Source: an uncultured Spirochaetia bacterium
GTDB taxonomy: Bacteria > Spirochaetota > Brachyspiria > Brachyspirales > Brachyspiraceae
Reading direction: 5' to 3'
Assembly: GCA_947040495.1 (NCBI GenBank)
Contig: CAMRBQ010000007.1
Coordinates: forward strand, 4,623 to 68,622
Length of the DNA: 64,000 bases
Translations under genes and position numbers: made by a program
In this document: positions 1 through 10,096 of the stretch, one piece after another
Numbering within the stretch: position 1 is the stretch's first letter
Layout: the number at the start of each line of letters is the position of its first letter
The notes under the pieces: model-generated
Told to the model about the DNA's origin: nothing
The model's database searches: none
Seen by the model: only the letters and a program-made list of their open reading frames with translations

Positions 1-504
1 TAATGCTTTGACATATTCAGGCTCATCATACATATCCATAAATATATCTGTACCACGTAAATGGCTTACAAGTGTAAATGGTCCTGTTATAAGTCCATAT
101 AAAGCTGTTTTATCTCCAACTTTATTTTTCATTTCTTTCATTACATCTAAAATTAAAGGAATTCTACCATCTGTTTTTTTTGGTAGGCTATAATTTTTAT
201 AAGCATCTTTATCATTAGCAAGTGGATGTGCTTTTACAGTAGGTGGTGCTTTTTCAGCCCATAGAAGCTCACAACCTAATATCTCTGCTTCAATTTGTAA
301 ATCAAATATTACAGGCTGTCCATCTGGTGAATAGAGTTCATTTGTAAGTAATAGACATTCTAAAAGTTTTTCTTTGCTTTTTAATAATGATGTAGCGTCA
401 TAATTTTTTAATGAACCGATATGCACACCTGTATATGGTATCCATGGTACTCTCTCAAGCTCTTCATGATTCAGACATTTAATAATTAATTCTTTACCAG
501 TCAT
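1..504 (-). CDS. Uroporphyrinogen-decarboxylase (URO-D) family protein, MtaA/CmuA-like; N-terminal 168 codons only, gene runs off the window start
   Basis: Own minus-strand translation from the ATG at 504-502: MTGKELIIKCLNHEELERVPWIPYTGVHIG...GLITGPFTLVSHLRGTDIFMDMYDEPEYVKAL. Open to position 1. Absent from the ORF track because no stop lies in the window. Confidence 0.55.
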   Translation of the reverse strand, partial: MTGKELIIKCLNHEELERVPWIPYTGVHIGSLKNYDATSLLKSKEKLLECLLLTNELYSPDGQPVIFDLQIEAEILGCELLWAEKAPPTVKAHPLANDKDAYKNYSLPKKTDGRIPLILDVMKEMKNKVGDKTALYGLITGPFTLVSHLRGTDIFMDMYDEPEYVKAL

Positions 505-745
505 AATTTCATGCTCCTTGTTTTATTTGAAATATAGTTTTATTGATTATTTTATATATTCATTATCTGAAGTATATTTATTTAGAAATATATAACTTGT
601 ATTATTTTATGATATTATTGCACTTTTTGATTAAAAGCATTTGTATGATTTATCTGTTTTTTTTTATACTATAATTTAATATTAATATGGGAACTTTTTT
701 GAAACTTGTTCGTCTAAATGTTGTACTTAAAAAAAAACAGGAGAA

Positions 746-1285
746 ATGAAAATGAAAAAAATATTTGTTTTAATTTTGGCGTTAGCTGTACTATCAACTG
801 GTAGTATCTATGCATATGAAAGAAGTGGTCACTATCAAGGGAATAATAATTCTAGTTATGACAATCATAATGGTTGTAGAGGATCTAGAAATGGCGGTAG
901 AGGATCTAGAAATGGCGGTAGAGGATATGGTCGCAATCATAGAAGTGGTTATGGTCGCCACAATATGAATGGTAGTAGAGGATATGGAAATCATTATAGA
1001 AATGGAGACAGAAACAATTATGCTGCTTTATTAACAGATGCTCAGGTGAAAGAAATTGATAATATTAGAGAAGAGTATTATGAAAGACTTTCAAATGCTT
1101 CATTAGATATGGAAAAACAAAACAATGCAATAAGAGCAGAAATGATGAAAGAAAGTCCTGACAAGGCTAAAATTGATGCTGCTATAGATGCAAAATTAGA
1201 GGCTCAAGGGCAAAGTCAAAAACTTAGAATAGAAATGAATTTGGCTATTGATAAGGTATTAGAAAAAACAGAGGCTACTAAATAA
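746..1285 (+). CDS. Secreted Spy/CpxP-like (LTxxQ motif) periplasmic protein with Gly/Arg/Asn-rich repeat linker
   Basis: Signal peptide MKKIFVLILALAVLSTGSIYA, RGSRNGG tandem repeats, an LTDAQ motif and a helical C-terminus. RBS aggag lies upstream. Confidence 0.5.
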   Translation: MKMKKIFVLILALAVLSTGSIYAYERSGHYQGNNNSSYDNHNGCRGSRNGGRGSRNGGRGYGRNHRSGYGRHNMNGSRGYGNHYRNGDRNNYAALLTDAQVKEIDNIREEYYERLSNASLDMEKQNNAIRAEMMKESPDKAKIDAAIDAKLEAQGQSQKLRIEMNLAIDKVLEKTEATK

Positions 1286-1318
1286 TAAAAATATTTGAAA
1301 TATAAAATTTTATTATAA

Positions 1319-1360
1319 GGCAGCAATTATATTATAAAGATATAGTTGTTGCCTTTTTTT
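1319..1360 (+). terminator. Rho-independent terminator candidate after the Spy-like gene
   Basis: Stem ggcagcaa / ttgttgcc (one G-T pair) followed by a T7 run. Confidence 0.5.
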
Positions 1361-1410
1361 ATATTTAAAATATAATTAGAGATATTATTTAATTATAAAG
1401 GAGAAATAAA

Positions 1411-1521
1411 ATGAAAAAAATATTTGCCTTAGTATTAATTTTGGTAGTATTGTCATTTGGTAGCATTTATGCGCATCATGAACAAGAGCCAGAACAAGAA
1501 ACTGAAACTGCTATATACTAG
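1411..1521 (+). CDS. 36-aa small ORF: paralogous signal peptide plus 15-aa acidic tail (possible remnant of a duplicated gene)
   Basis: Own translation MKKIFALVLILVVLSFGSIYAHHEQEPEQETETAIY with RBS aaggag. The N-terminus and the downstream hairpin-like sequence parallel those of the 746..1285 gene. Confidence 0.3.
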   Translation: MKKIFALVLILVVLSFGSIYAHHEQEPEQETETAIY

Positions 1522-1623
1522 AAAATAAAATTTTAATGGGCGGTAATTATACTTTAATGCTATAGTTGTAGCCTTGTTTTATATTTAGCGAATAAGAAAA
1601 AATTATACTTATGGTAAATATTT

Positions 1624-2313
1624 ATGCTTTACAGTAGCCTTGTCATTTTAATTGCGGGTAGCTCGACTAGATTTAATACGGGAGGTATTAAAAAGCAATT
1701 TCTCATTGTGGATGAAAGACCTGTCTTTATTCACACACTTCAAAATCTTACAAAATCAAATATATTTCAAAATGTTATAATCGTTTGTCAAAAAGAGTAT
1801 CTTAATGATGTAGATAAATATATAAAAGAATATTGTAAAAATATAGAAAATATAAGTATAGTATTGGGTGGAGATACTCGTGTTGATTCTGTCTATAATG
1901 CTATGAAATATTTAAAAAATAATTATAAAGTAGATTATGTTTTTATCCATGATGGGGTGAGACCAATAGTCGCCGAAAGCGAAATTAATATGCTTATGGA
2001 TAAAGTTATAGAGTATGATGCTGCTATCCTTGCCATAAAAATCAATGATACTATAAAAAAAATAGATTCAAATAATAAGATAGTAGAAACATTAAATAGA
2101 GAAATATTATATAGGGCAGCAACACCTCAGGCATTTTTGTTTGCGAAATACTATAATGCTATAGATAAATATATAAATATAGATAAGAGCAATATTGCTG
2201 TTACCGATGATGCAGAGATATATGCAAGATATGAAGGCGATGTTTATATCGTACAATGCTCAAGTAAAAATATAAAGATTACAACAGAAGATGATATACA
2301 TTTGCTTTTTTAA
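1624..2313 (+). CDS. ispD: 2-C-methyl-D-erythritol 4-phosphate cytidylyltransferase
   Basis: N-terminal IAGSSTRF...KQFL nucleotidyltransferase motif; HDGVRP and ATPQAF motifs typical of IspD; 229 aa. Confidence 0.85.
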   Translation: MLYSSLVILIAGSSTRFNTGGIKKQFLIVDERPVFIHTLQNLTKSNIFQNVIIVCQKEYLNDVDKYIKEYCKNIENISIVLGGDTRVDSVYNAMKYLKNNYKVDYVFIHDGVRPIVAESEINMLMDKVIEYDAAILAIKINDTIKKIDSNNKIVETLNREILYRAATPQAFLFAKYYNAIDKYINIDKSNIAVTDDAEIYARYEGDVYIVQCSSKNIKITTEDDIHLLF

Positions 2314-2383
2314 TATTGTATTAATGAATATATATATTTATAGTATAAATTGACAAAAAAAAAAATAACTATAAAATATCAAA

Positions 2384-3199
2384 ATGATAGGTAATCTAAT
2401 AGCTAAAGCAAAAAGCTACATAAATAAAAAAAATATATCAAATCAGCCAGAAATAATAGATATCGATGATGGCAATAATGAAATACGTACCGAGCATATT
2501 ACAAAGGTCTTTGGGAAAAGAACTGTTGTAAATGATGTTAGTTTTTCTGTTAAGCAGGGGGAAGTTGTAGGGCTTTTAGGTCCTAATGGGGCTGGAAAAA
2601 CAACAAGTTTTTATATGACTGTTGGTTTTATCAAGCCAACCAAAGGCAATATTTTTTTAAATGATATGGATATAACATCTTTGAAGATGCATGAAAGGGC
2701 ACAATGTGGTATTGGATATTTACCCCAAGAATCATCCATATTTCGTAAACTTAGTGTTGAAGATAATCTTATGGCAATTCTTGAATACAATAAGAGTATT
2801 ACAAAAAATGATAGAAAAGCTAAAGTTGATGAATTACTTGCAGAACTTGATATAATGCATATTAGAAAACAAAAAGCCTTTACATTATCGGGTGGAGAGC
2901 GGCGTCGTGCAGAGATAGCCCGTGCTCTTACAACAAATCCAAAATTTTTATTGCTTGATGAGCCATTTGCTGGTGTCGACCCTATAGCTGTTTTGGATAT
3001 TCAATCTATTATAGAAAAGCTGCGTCTTAAAGGGCTTGGTATACTTATAACTGACCATAATGTGCGTGAAACTCTTCGTATTACAAGTCGGGCATATATA
3101 ATGGGTGATGGAGTTATACTTGTAACAGGGACACCAGAAGAAATAGTTGCAAATCCCACGGCTAGAAAGGTATATCTTGGTGAATCATTTACCATGTAA
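2384..3199 (+). CDS. lptB: LPS export ABC transporter ATP-binding protein
   Basis: Walker A GPNGAGKTT, signature LSGGERRR, Walker B LLLDEP and an LptB-type C-terminus KVYLGESF. Carries a ~30 aa N-terminal extension. Confidence 0.85.
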   Translation: MIGNLIAKAKSYINKKNISNQPEIIDIDDGNNEIRTEHITKVFGKRTVVNDVSFSVKQGEVVGLLGPNGAGKTTSFYMTVGFIKPTKGNIFLNDMDITSLKMHERAQCGIGYLPQESSIFRKLSVEDNLMAILEYNKSITKNDRKAKVDELLAELDIMHIRKQKAFTLSGGERRRAEIARALTTNPKFLLLDEPFAGVDPIAVLDIQSIIEKLRLKGLGILITDHNVRETLRITSRAYIMGDGVILVTGTPEEIVANPTARKVYLGESFTM

Positions 3200-3235
3200 T
3201 ATAAAAATATAAATAATTTTAAGGATAGTGTATTT

Positions 3236-3799
3236 ATGGAAAACAAAATGTATTTGGCTTTAATAATAATAGGTGCACCAGGTAGCGGCAAGGGTACAAA
3301 TGCAACGGCTATAATAAATAAATATAATATAGCTCATATATCTACAGGTGATATACTTAGAGATAATGTTTCTAATAATACAGAGCTAGGGAAAAAAGCA
3401 AATGACTATATGCAAAAAGGGGCTCTTGTGCCAGATGAGCTTATCATATGTATGGTAGAGCAACGTATAAATAAAAGTGATTGTGAAAATGGCTTCCTTT
3501 TGGATGGATTTCCTCGTACAATAGAACAAGCTAATGCATTAGATAAACTATTAGATAGTAAGGCTAAGTCTATCGATAAAGTTATCAACTTGGTTGTAAG
3601 TGAGGATGAACTTATGGGAAGACTTTTAAAACGTGGAAGGGCTGATGATAATGAAGAAACGATTTCTAATAGACTATCTGTTTTTACAAATCAAACATCC
3701 CCTGTTATAGAATATTATAGTAAAGCAAATAAAATTATCAATATAGATGCTGTAGGGGATATTGAAAAAATATCTGATGATATTTTAAATAGTATTTAG
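3236..3799 (+). CDS. adk: Adenylate kinase, short-LID form
   Basis: P-loop GAPGSGKGT, then ISTGDILR and LLDGFPRT motifs. At 187 aa it has no Cys4 zinc lid. Confidence 0.85.
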   Translation: MENKMYLALIIIGAPGSGKGTNATAIINKYNIAHISTGDILRDNVSNNTELGKKANDYMQKGALVPDELIICMVEQRINKSDCENGFLLDGFPRTIEQANALDKLLDSKAKSIDKVINLVVSEDELMGRLLKRGRADDNEETISNRLSVFTNQTSPVIEYYSKANKIINIDAVGDIEKISDDILNSI

Positions 3800-3940
3800 A
3801 TAAATATATTATTTAAAATTTTATACCATGGTGTAATATTGAGTTATTTAAAGCTAACTAATAGGCACTAAAATGGGGCGGTTGACTTCTTTTATACATA
3901 TATATATACTATAATCTGTTTATTTTTTAAGGATAACAAT

Positions 3941-4576
3941 ATGGAATTGACTTCTGAAGACAACAAGATACTGCAATCATATATCAAAACAATTTCTAAC
4001 TTAGCTAAATTATTTGGTACAGGGTGTGAATTCGTTATTCATTCCTTAAGTAGCCTAGAAGAATCGGTAATGGCTATTGAAAATGGGCATGTGTCTGGGC
4101 GTAATATAGGCTCTCCAATAACAGACTTGGCACTTGAGATAGTTGAAAAAAGTAAAAATCAAGAAAATATGGAACCATATTATTCTATTAGTTATAAAGG
4201 TGAAAAACTTCGCTCTATTACAACCCCTATATATAATAAAGATAAATTAATTGGATTACTTTGTGTTAATATCAATCTCGATATGAAAGTTTCTGAGTTT
4301 GCTTCTATATTTGAGTATAATGATAAGATAACAGGCACTACTTCATCTGAATACTTGGGTAATTCTGTGGAAGATATGATAAAAAACTTGTTAGAAAAAG
4401 TAGAGCAAGAGGTACTATTAGATTCTAATATACCAAATCAAGATAAAAATAAAGTTATTATATATAAATTAGACGAAAAAGGTTTTTTCAAACTGAGGGG
4501 TAGTATAGAGACACTTGCGGAACATTTGAAAATATCTCCGCATACTATTTATGCTAATTTGCGTAAGAAAAATTAA
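3941..4576 (+). CDS. YheO-like PAS-domain transcriptional regulator with C-terminal HTH
   Basis: IHSL...AIENGHVSGRNIGSPITDLAL and LLCVNINLD blocks match E. coli YheO as I recall it. The C-terminal LKISPHTIYANLRK is HTH-like. Confidence 0.7.
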   Translation: MELTSEDNKILQSYIKTISNLAKLFGTGCEFVIHSLSSLEESVMAIENGHVSGRNIGSPITDLALEIVEKSKNQENMEPYYSISYKGEKLRSITTPIYNKDKLIGLLCVNINLDMKVSEFASIFEYNDKITGTTSSEYLGNSVEDMIKNLLEKVEQEVLLDSNIPNQDKNKVIIYKLDEKGFFKLRGSIETLAEHLKISPHTIYANLRKKN

Positions 4577-4644
4577 TTATTTTTAATAAATTCTAAATAT
4601 TTTTGATTTTTTAAAAAAAAATTATATTAAATTAAATATTTCTA

Positions 4645-4673
4645 TTGACAACACAGAATATATACATTAAAGT
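4645..4673 (+). promoter_or_regulatory. Sigma70-like promoter candidate for the dpaL operon
   Basis: TTGACA (4645-4650), a 17-nt spacer, then TAAAGT (4668-4673). Confidence 0.3.
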
Positions 4674-4714
4674 AGTGAAAGTTATTTAAATAACTATATA
4701 AAATACATTTATTT

Positions 4715-5941
4715 ATGGGGCTATATATGAGCGAAAATATCAAATGGAAAGGCAATACTATGCCAAAAGATAATAGTAGTTATTCATGGGAAGACCATCT
4801 TTCTTTAGAAGAAGTGAATAAAGCAAAAGAATTTCATGCAAGTTTTGAAGAATATAAAGAAACACCACTTGTCAATTTACAATCTCTAGCAGATAAAATT
4901 GGGATAGGTAGCTTATATCTTAAAGATGAATCATATCGCTTTGGACTGAATGCCTTTAAGGTATTGGGTGGTTCATTTGCTATGGGGAAATATATGGCAA
5001 AGTGTTTAAACAAAGATATATCTGATTTACCATATTCAAAAATAATATCACCTGAAATTAAAAAACAATTAGGTGACATAGTGTTTTATACAGCTACAGA
5101 TGGTAATCATGGTCGTGGTGTCGCATGGACTGCTAATAGACTTAATCAAAAATCTGTTGTATATATGCCAAAAGGCTCTTCAGAATATCGATTAAAAAAC
5201 ATACAAAAAGAAGGAGCAACAGCCTCTATTACAGATATGAATTATGATGATGCTGTAAGACTTGCTGCAAAAGATGCTCAAGAAAATAATGGGCTTATAG
5301 TACAAGATACAGCTTGGGAAGGCTATGAAGAGATACCACTTTGGATTATGCAAGGCTATGGTACTATGGCTTTGGAGGCGATTAAACAATTAAATGATTA
5401 TAATGTCGATAGTCCAACGCATGTATTTGTTCAGGCGGGTGTTGGTTCTCTTGCAGGTGGAGTACAAGGGGTACTACATTCATTCTATAAAGATAAATGC
5501 CCTATAACTACAATTGTCGAATCAGATTTGGCTGACTGTCTTTATAAATCTGCGTTGGCAAATGATGGTAAGCCTAGATTTGTTGGCGGCGATATGCAAA
5601 CTATCATGGCAGGTCTTGCATGCGGCGAGCCAAATACAATTAGCTGGGAAGTATTAAAAAAATATTCAAAGATGTTTGTATCATGTCCTGATTGGGTTGC
5701 TGCTGAGGGAATGCGTATACTTGCAAAGCCTACTCACGATGATAAAAAAGTTGTATCGGGTGAATCTGGTGCTGTAACTACAGGCTTAATTGTAGAGATT
5801 ATGATAAATGATGAATATAAAGCACTTAGAGAGGAATTAAAATTAGATAAAAACTCTAAAGTTTTGGTATTTAGTACCGAAGGTGATACTGACCCAGATA
5901 TGTACAAAAAAATTGTAGATGATGGGTTTTGTAAAAAATAG
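4715..5941 (+). CDS. dpaL: Diaminopropionate ammonia-lyase (PLP-dependent; YgeX/DpaL family)
   Basis: LKDESYRFGLNAFKVLGG carries the PLP lysine motif; also TATDGNHGRGVAW. Length 408 aa. An alternative start is the ATG at 4727. Confidence 0.8.
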   Translation: MGLYMSENIKWKGNTMPKDNSSYSWEDHLSLEEVNKAKEFHASFEEYKETPLVNLQSLADKIGIGSLYLKDESYRFGLNAFKVLGGSFAMGKYMAKCLNKDISDLPYSKIISPEIKKQLGDIVFYTATDGNHGRGVAWTANRLNQKSVVYMPKGSSEYRLKNIQKEGATASITDMNYDDAVRLAAKDAQENNGLIVQDTAWEGYEEIPLWIMQGYGTMALEAIKQLNDYNVDSPTHVFVQAGVGSLAGGVQGVLHSFYKDKCPITTIVESDLADCLYKSALANDGKPRFVGGDMQTIMAGLACGEPNTISWEVLKKYSKMFVSCPDWVAAEGMRILAKPTHDDKKVVSGESGAVTTGLIVEIMINDEYKALREELKLDKNSKVLVFSTEGDTDPDMYKKIVDDGFCKK

Positions 5942-5996
5942 ACTATTATTAAATTAATTAGATTAGTTCAGTTAATTTTCAAGGGGGAAAGTAAAC

Positions 5997-7307
5997 ATGT
6001 CAGAGCAACCGTATAAGTATTCCTTTTTGGGCAAGCCACCATTAGGGGAAGTATTATTATTAGGGCTTCAGCATATGATAGCAATGTTTATAGGTAATAT
6101 TACACCTATTCTTATTGTAGCACCACTTGCTGGAATAACAGATCCTGCAATGGTTACAGCCTTGGTACAAGGGGCAATGATTTCATCTGTTGTTGCGACA
6201 TTGGTACAGCTTTACCCAATTTCACTTGGAGCCAAGTTTCGTATAGGGTCAAGACTACCTGTTATTATGGGTACAAGTTTTGGCTTTATGTCTGTCAATA
6301 TGTCTATAGCGTCGCTATATGGTGTCCCAGGGATATTCGGAGCTCAAATAGTCGCTGGTCTTATAACCATACCAATAGGATTTTTGCTACCACGTATACG
6401 TAAATATTTTCCGCCGATTGTAACAGGTACGGTTATACTTTCAATAGGTCTATCACTTTTCCCTATTGCTATGAGAGATATTGCAGGTGGAGCGGGTGCA
6501 GCCGATTTTGGTTCTCTACAAAACATTGGATTAGGATTTTTTGTTCTTGTTCTTGTTATTTTCTTTTCTCAATATACAAAAGGGCTCTTGAAACTAGCAG
6601 CTATTTTTGCATCTGTTGTTATAGGTTATATTATTGCTATACCACTTGGTAAAATTAATTTAACCAGTGTAGGGGATGCTGCGTGGTTTTCACTCCCGGG
6701 TATATTAGAATTGGGTGTTACTTTTCATCTAGATTCAATAATTGCTATGACTGTTATGTATTTTGTAACAGCTTTACAGCTTATAGGTGATTTATCTGCA
6801 ACAACAATGGGTGGAATGGATAGAGAGGTTACAACAGAAGAACTATCAGGTGGGATTATTGGAAATGGGCTTAGTGCTGTGTTGTCTGCATTGTTTGGCG
6901 GGCTTCCTACAGCTACATTTAGTCAAAACGTAGGTATAGTAACATTAACAAAGGTAACTAGTCGTATAGTTATACTTGCTGCTATATGTGCTGTGGGGTT
7001 GGCAGGCTTTGTACCAAAAATGGCGGCTATTATTACATCAATACCAAGACCTGTTTTGGGTGGGGCTACAATAACTGTTTTTTCTATGATTTCATTGACA
7101 GGTATTAGAATCATAGCAAAAGAAGATTTATCATTAAATAGAAATGTTGTAGTTATTGGATTATCTCTAGCTATTGGTGGGGCTATACCTCAGGTTCCCG
7201 GTATACTTGCAAATGTAGACCCTAGCTTAAAAATTGTATTAGGCTCTAGTGTTGTTGTTTCATCGATGTTGGCAACTATTTTGAATCTAATTTTACCAAA
7301 AAAATAG
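5997..7307 (+). CDS. NCS2-family nucleobase:cation symporter (xanthine/uracil permease type)
   Basis: Polytopic 436-aa membrane protein with NCS2-like blocks GLQHMIAMF and ATFSQNVGIV. Confidence 0.8.
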   Translation: MSEQPYKYSFLGKPPLGEVLLLGLQHMIAMFIGNITPILIVAPLAGITDPAMVTALVQGAMISSVVATLVQLYPISLGAKFRIGSRLPVIMGTSFGFMSVNMSIASLYGVPGIFGAQIVAGLITIPIGFLLPRIRKYFPPIVTGTVILSIGLSLFPIAMRDIAGGAGAADFGSLQNIGLGFFVLVLVIFFSQYTKGLLKLAAIFASVVIGYIIAIPLGKINLTSVGDAAWFSLPGILELGVTFHLDSIIAMTVMYFVTALQLIGDLSATTMGGMDREVTTEELSGGIIGNGLSAVLSALFGGLPTATFSQNVGIVTLTKVTSRIVILAAICAVGLAGFVPKMAAIITSIPRPVLGGATITVFSMISLTGIRIIAKEDLSLNRNVVVIGLSLAIGGAIPQVPGILANVDPSLKIVLGSSVVVSSMLATILNLILPKK

Positions 7308-7359
7308 TAGATTTTATATAAAAGTATTTTGTAAAAATAAGAAATTTAAGGATATAAAA

Positions 7360-8685
7360 ATGACAACAATTGTAAATGCAAAAATATTAACACTTGATGA
7401 TAGTAATCCATATATTGATAACGGATATATTATTATTGACAATGGTGTAATTGTAGATATTGGTAGTGGTAGCCCATCTAAGATGGAGGGTGAAATTATC
7501 GATGCTAAAAATAAGTATGTTATGCCCGGTTTAATAAATGGACATCATCATGCTTATAGTTCATTTGCCCGTGGTAGTATGTTTGTTGCAGATAAATATT
7601 CTAATAATTTTGTTGAAGTGCTTGAAAATGTTTGGTGGAGATTAGACAAAGCCCTTACGCTAGAAAGTGTAAAATATAGTGCTTATGTTATGTTTATAGA
7701 GAGTATTAGAAATGGTGTAACTACAGTGTTAGACCATCATGCAAGCCCATATGCTGCTGCTGGTTCTCTTTTTGCGATGAGAGAAGCTGCTGATGATGTT
7801 GGTATTCGTTCATGCTTATGCTATGAAGTTTCTGACAGAGATGGCGATGCTATTTTAAAAGAAGGCATAAAAGAAAATGTTGATTATATAAATCATTGTA
7901 AAAAAAATAATCCTGAATATGGTTCTGGAATGTTTGGGATGCATGCTTCATTTACACTTTCTCAAAAAGCTATGGAAGAATGTGTTAGTGCAAATTCTAG
8001 TACAGGTGCTGGTTATCATGTGCATGTTGCAGAAGATATTAGAGACCAATATGACTGTATGAAGAAATATGGTAAACGCCTTGGACAAAGACTTTTTGAT
8101 TTAGGTATACTAAAGCCAAATACAGTTATCGGTCATGGTACATATAGTTCAGACCATGAACTTGAGATGTATAAAGAGGCTGATATTACAATGCTACATA
8201 ACCCAGAATCTAATATGGGTAATGCTGTTGGTGTTGTCAATGTTAATTATCTTGCAAAAAAAGGTATTAGAGTTGGTATCGGTACTGATGGCTATACATC
8301 TGATATTCTTGAATCTATAAAAGTAGCGAATGTTTTATTAAAGCATACTGCTGTAGATGTTAATGTTGGTTGGCCTGAAATCCCTGATATGCTTTATAAA
8401 AATAATAGAGAAGTTGTTAATAGAACTATGGGTATAAAAGCTGGAATATTAGAGAAAGGGGCAATGGGTGATATTATATTTATGAACTATACTCCATTCA
8501 CACCTTTGCATGCAGACAACTATATGGCTCATATTTTATTTGGTATGACAGGGCGTGCTGTATCTACTGTTATAATTGGCGGCAAAGTTATAATGAAAGA
8601 TTTTGAGATTGTTGCTTTTGATGACAAAGAAATTGCAGCAAAGTCTAGAGAAGTAGCACAAAAAATTTGGGATAAAATTAAATAA
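7360..8685 (+). CDS. ssnA: SsnA-family putative aminohydrolase (chlorohydrolase/deaminase superfamily)
   Basis: Amidohydrolase HxH (GLINGHHHAY), HVAE and GTDG motifs. At 441 aa its size and context match E. coli SsnA. Confidence 0.7.
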   Translation: MTTIVNAKILTLDDSNPYIDNGYIIIDNGVIVDIGSGSPSKMEGEIIDAKNKYVMPGLINGHHHAYSSFARGSMFVADKYSNNFVEVLENVWWRLDKALTLESVKYSAYVMFIESIRNGVTTVLDHHASPYAAAGSLFAMREAADDVGIRSCLCYEVSDRDGDAILKEGIKENVDYINHCKKNNPEYGSGMFGMHASFTLSQKAMEECVSANSSTGAGYHVHVAEDIRDQYDCMKKYGKRLGQRLFDLGILKPNTVIGHGTYSSDHELEMYKEADITMLHNPESNMGNAVGVVNVNYLAKKGIRVGIGTDGYTSDILESIKVANVLLKHTAVDVNVGWPEIPDMLYKNNREVVNRTMGIKAGILEKGAMGDIIFMNYTPFTPLHADNYMAHILFGMTGRAVSTVIIGGKVIMKDFEIVAFDDKEIAAKSREVAQKIWDKIK

Positions 8686-8739
8686 TAATTTTTTCTAAGT
8701 TTTCTATGATATATTTTTATAATTAAAGAGTCTTAATAA

Positions 8740-10077
8740 ATGATATTAAAAAATGCAAATGTTTTATATAATGATAAAATAGATAAATTAGATATCAAAA
8801 TAGAAAATGAAAAAATTATAAAAATAGATAGTAATATAGAAGCCAAAAAAAACGAAAGCGTACTTGACTATAAAGATAAATATATAATAGCCGGGGGTAT
8901 AGACCCTCATACACATTTTAATATTTTCACAAATACACAATCATCCGATGATTTTCATAGTGGTAGTATTGCTGCTTTACATGGTGGCACTACTACTGTT
9001 ATAGACCATCCCGGTTTTGGTCCAAAAGATTGTGCATTAAATCATCAAATAAATAAATATCATGAATATGCAAAACAAAGCCTATGCGATTATGCTTTAC
9101 ATGGGGTAGCCCAACATATAAATGAAAGTACATTTGATGAGATGAAATCTCTTAAACAAAGCGGTATACATAGCTTCAAAATGTATCTTACATATCTCTA
9201 TAGGCTAGAAGATAATGATGTTATAAAATTATTAAACTATGCCAAAGAATTAGACATCATAATATGCGTACATGCTGAAAATCATTTTGGCATTGAGTAT
9301 CTCAAAAAAATATATAAAGAGAGAACTGATTTACTCGAGCCTCTCAAGCATGCTTTATCTAGGGCGAATATATTTGAATCTGAGGCTGTATATAGGCTGC
9401 TATCATTTTGCGAGGCTATAAAATTTGATAAATTATATCTCGTTCATATGTCTGCCAAAGAATCATTTGATGTTATAAGGCTATTCAAAGATAGGGGCTT
9501 AAAATTTTATACAGAAACATGTATACAATATTTGTTTTTGGACGATTGCGTTTATTTAGAAGATGATGGATATAAATATATATTATCACCACCGCTAAGA
9601 AAAAAAGGCAATGAAAAATATATATATCAAGCTATCAAAGATGGGTTAGTCGATACAATAGGTACAGACCATTGTACATTTTCATTAGAGCAAAAGAGCA
9701 TTGGCAAAACTGATTTTTCTAGCTGTCCAAATGGTACACCGGGGGTAGAAGAAAGGATAGCATTACTTTTTACAGAATTTTTGAAAGGTACATTTACAGC
9801 AAAAGAGTTTGTCGATTTGAGTTCAAAAAATGCTGCCTCTATATTTCAATTAAAAAATAAAGGTTGTATAGACAAAGGTATTGATGCAGATATTATTGTA
9901 ATCGAAAAAGGCAAATATTATTTTGATAAGATACACTCCCTATGTGGATATACCTGCTATGATAAAATTGAATTACAAGCAAAAATAACAGATGTCTTCT
10001 TACGTGGAGAGCATGTGATAAAAGATGGGCAATGTATAAATAAAAAACAAGGCATTTATGTCAATAATATAGATTAA
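8740..10077 (+). CDS. Dihydropyrimidinase/D-hydantoinase-family cyclic amidohydrolase (HyuA/YgeZ-like)
   Basis: GGIDPHTHF metal motif, FKMY (carboxylated Lys context), VHAEN and GTDHC motifs; 445 aa. Confidence 0.7.
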   Translation: MILKNANVLYNDKIDKLDIKIENEKIIKIDSNIEAKKNESVLDYKDKYIIAGGIDPHTHFNIFTNTQSSDDFHSGSIAALHGGTTTVIDHPGFGPKDCALNHQINKYHEYAKQSLCDYALHGVAQHINESTFDEMKSLKQSGIHSFKMYLTYLYRLEDNDVIKLLNYAKELDIIICVHAENHFGIEYLKKIYKERTDLLEPLKHALSRANIFESEAVYRLLSFCEAIKFDKLYLVHMSAKESFDVIRLFKDRGLKFYTETCIQYLFLDDCVYLEDDGYKYILSPPLRKKGNEKYIYQAIKDGLVDTIGTDHCTFSLEQKSIGKTDFSSCPNGTPGVEERIALLFTEFLKGTFTAKEFVDLSSKNAASIFQLKNKGCIDKGIDADIIVIEKGKYYFDKIHSLCGYTCYDKIELQAKITDVFLRGEHVIKDGQCINKKQGIYVNNID

Positions 10078-10096
10078 AATAAGGGGAATAGCTTAT

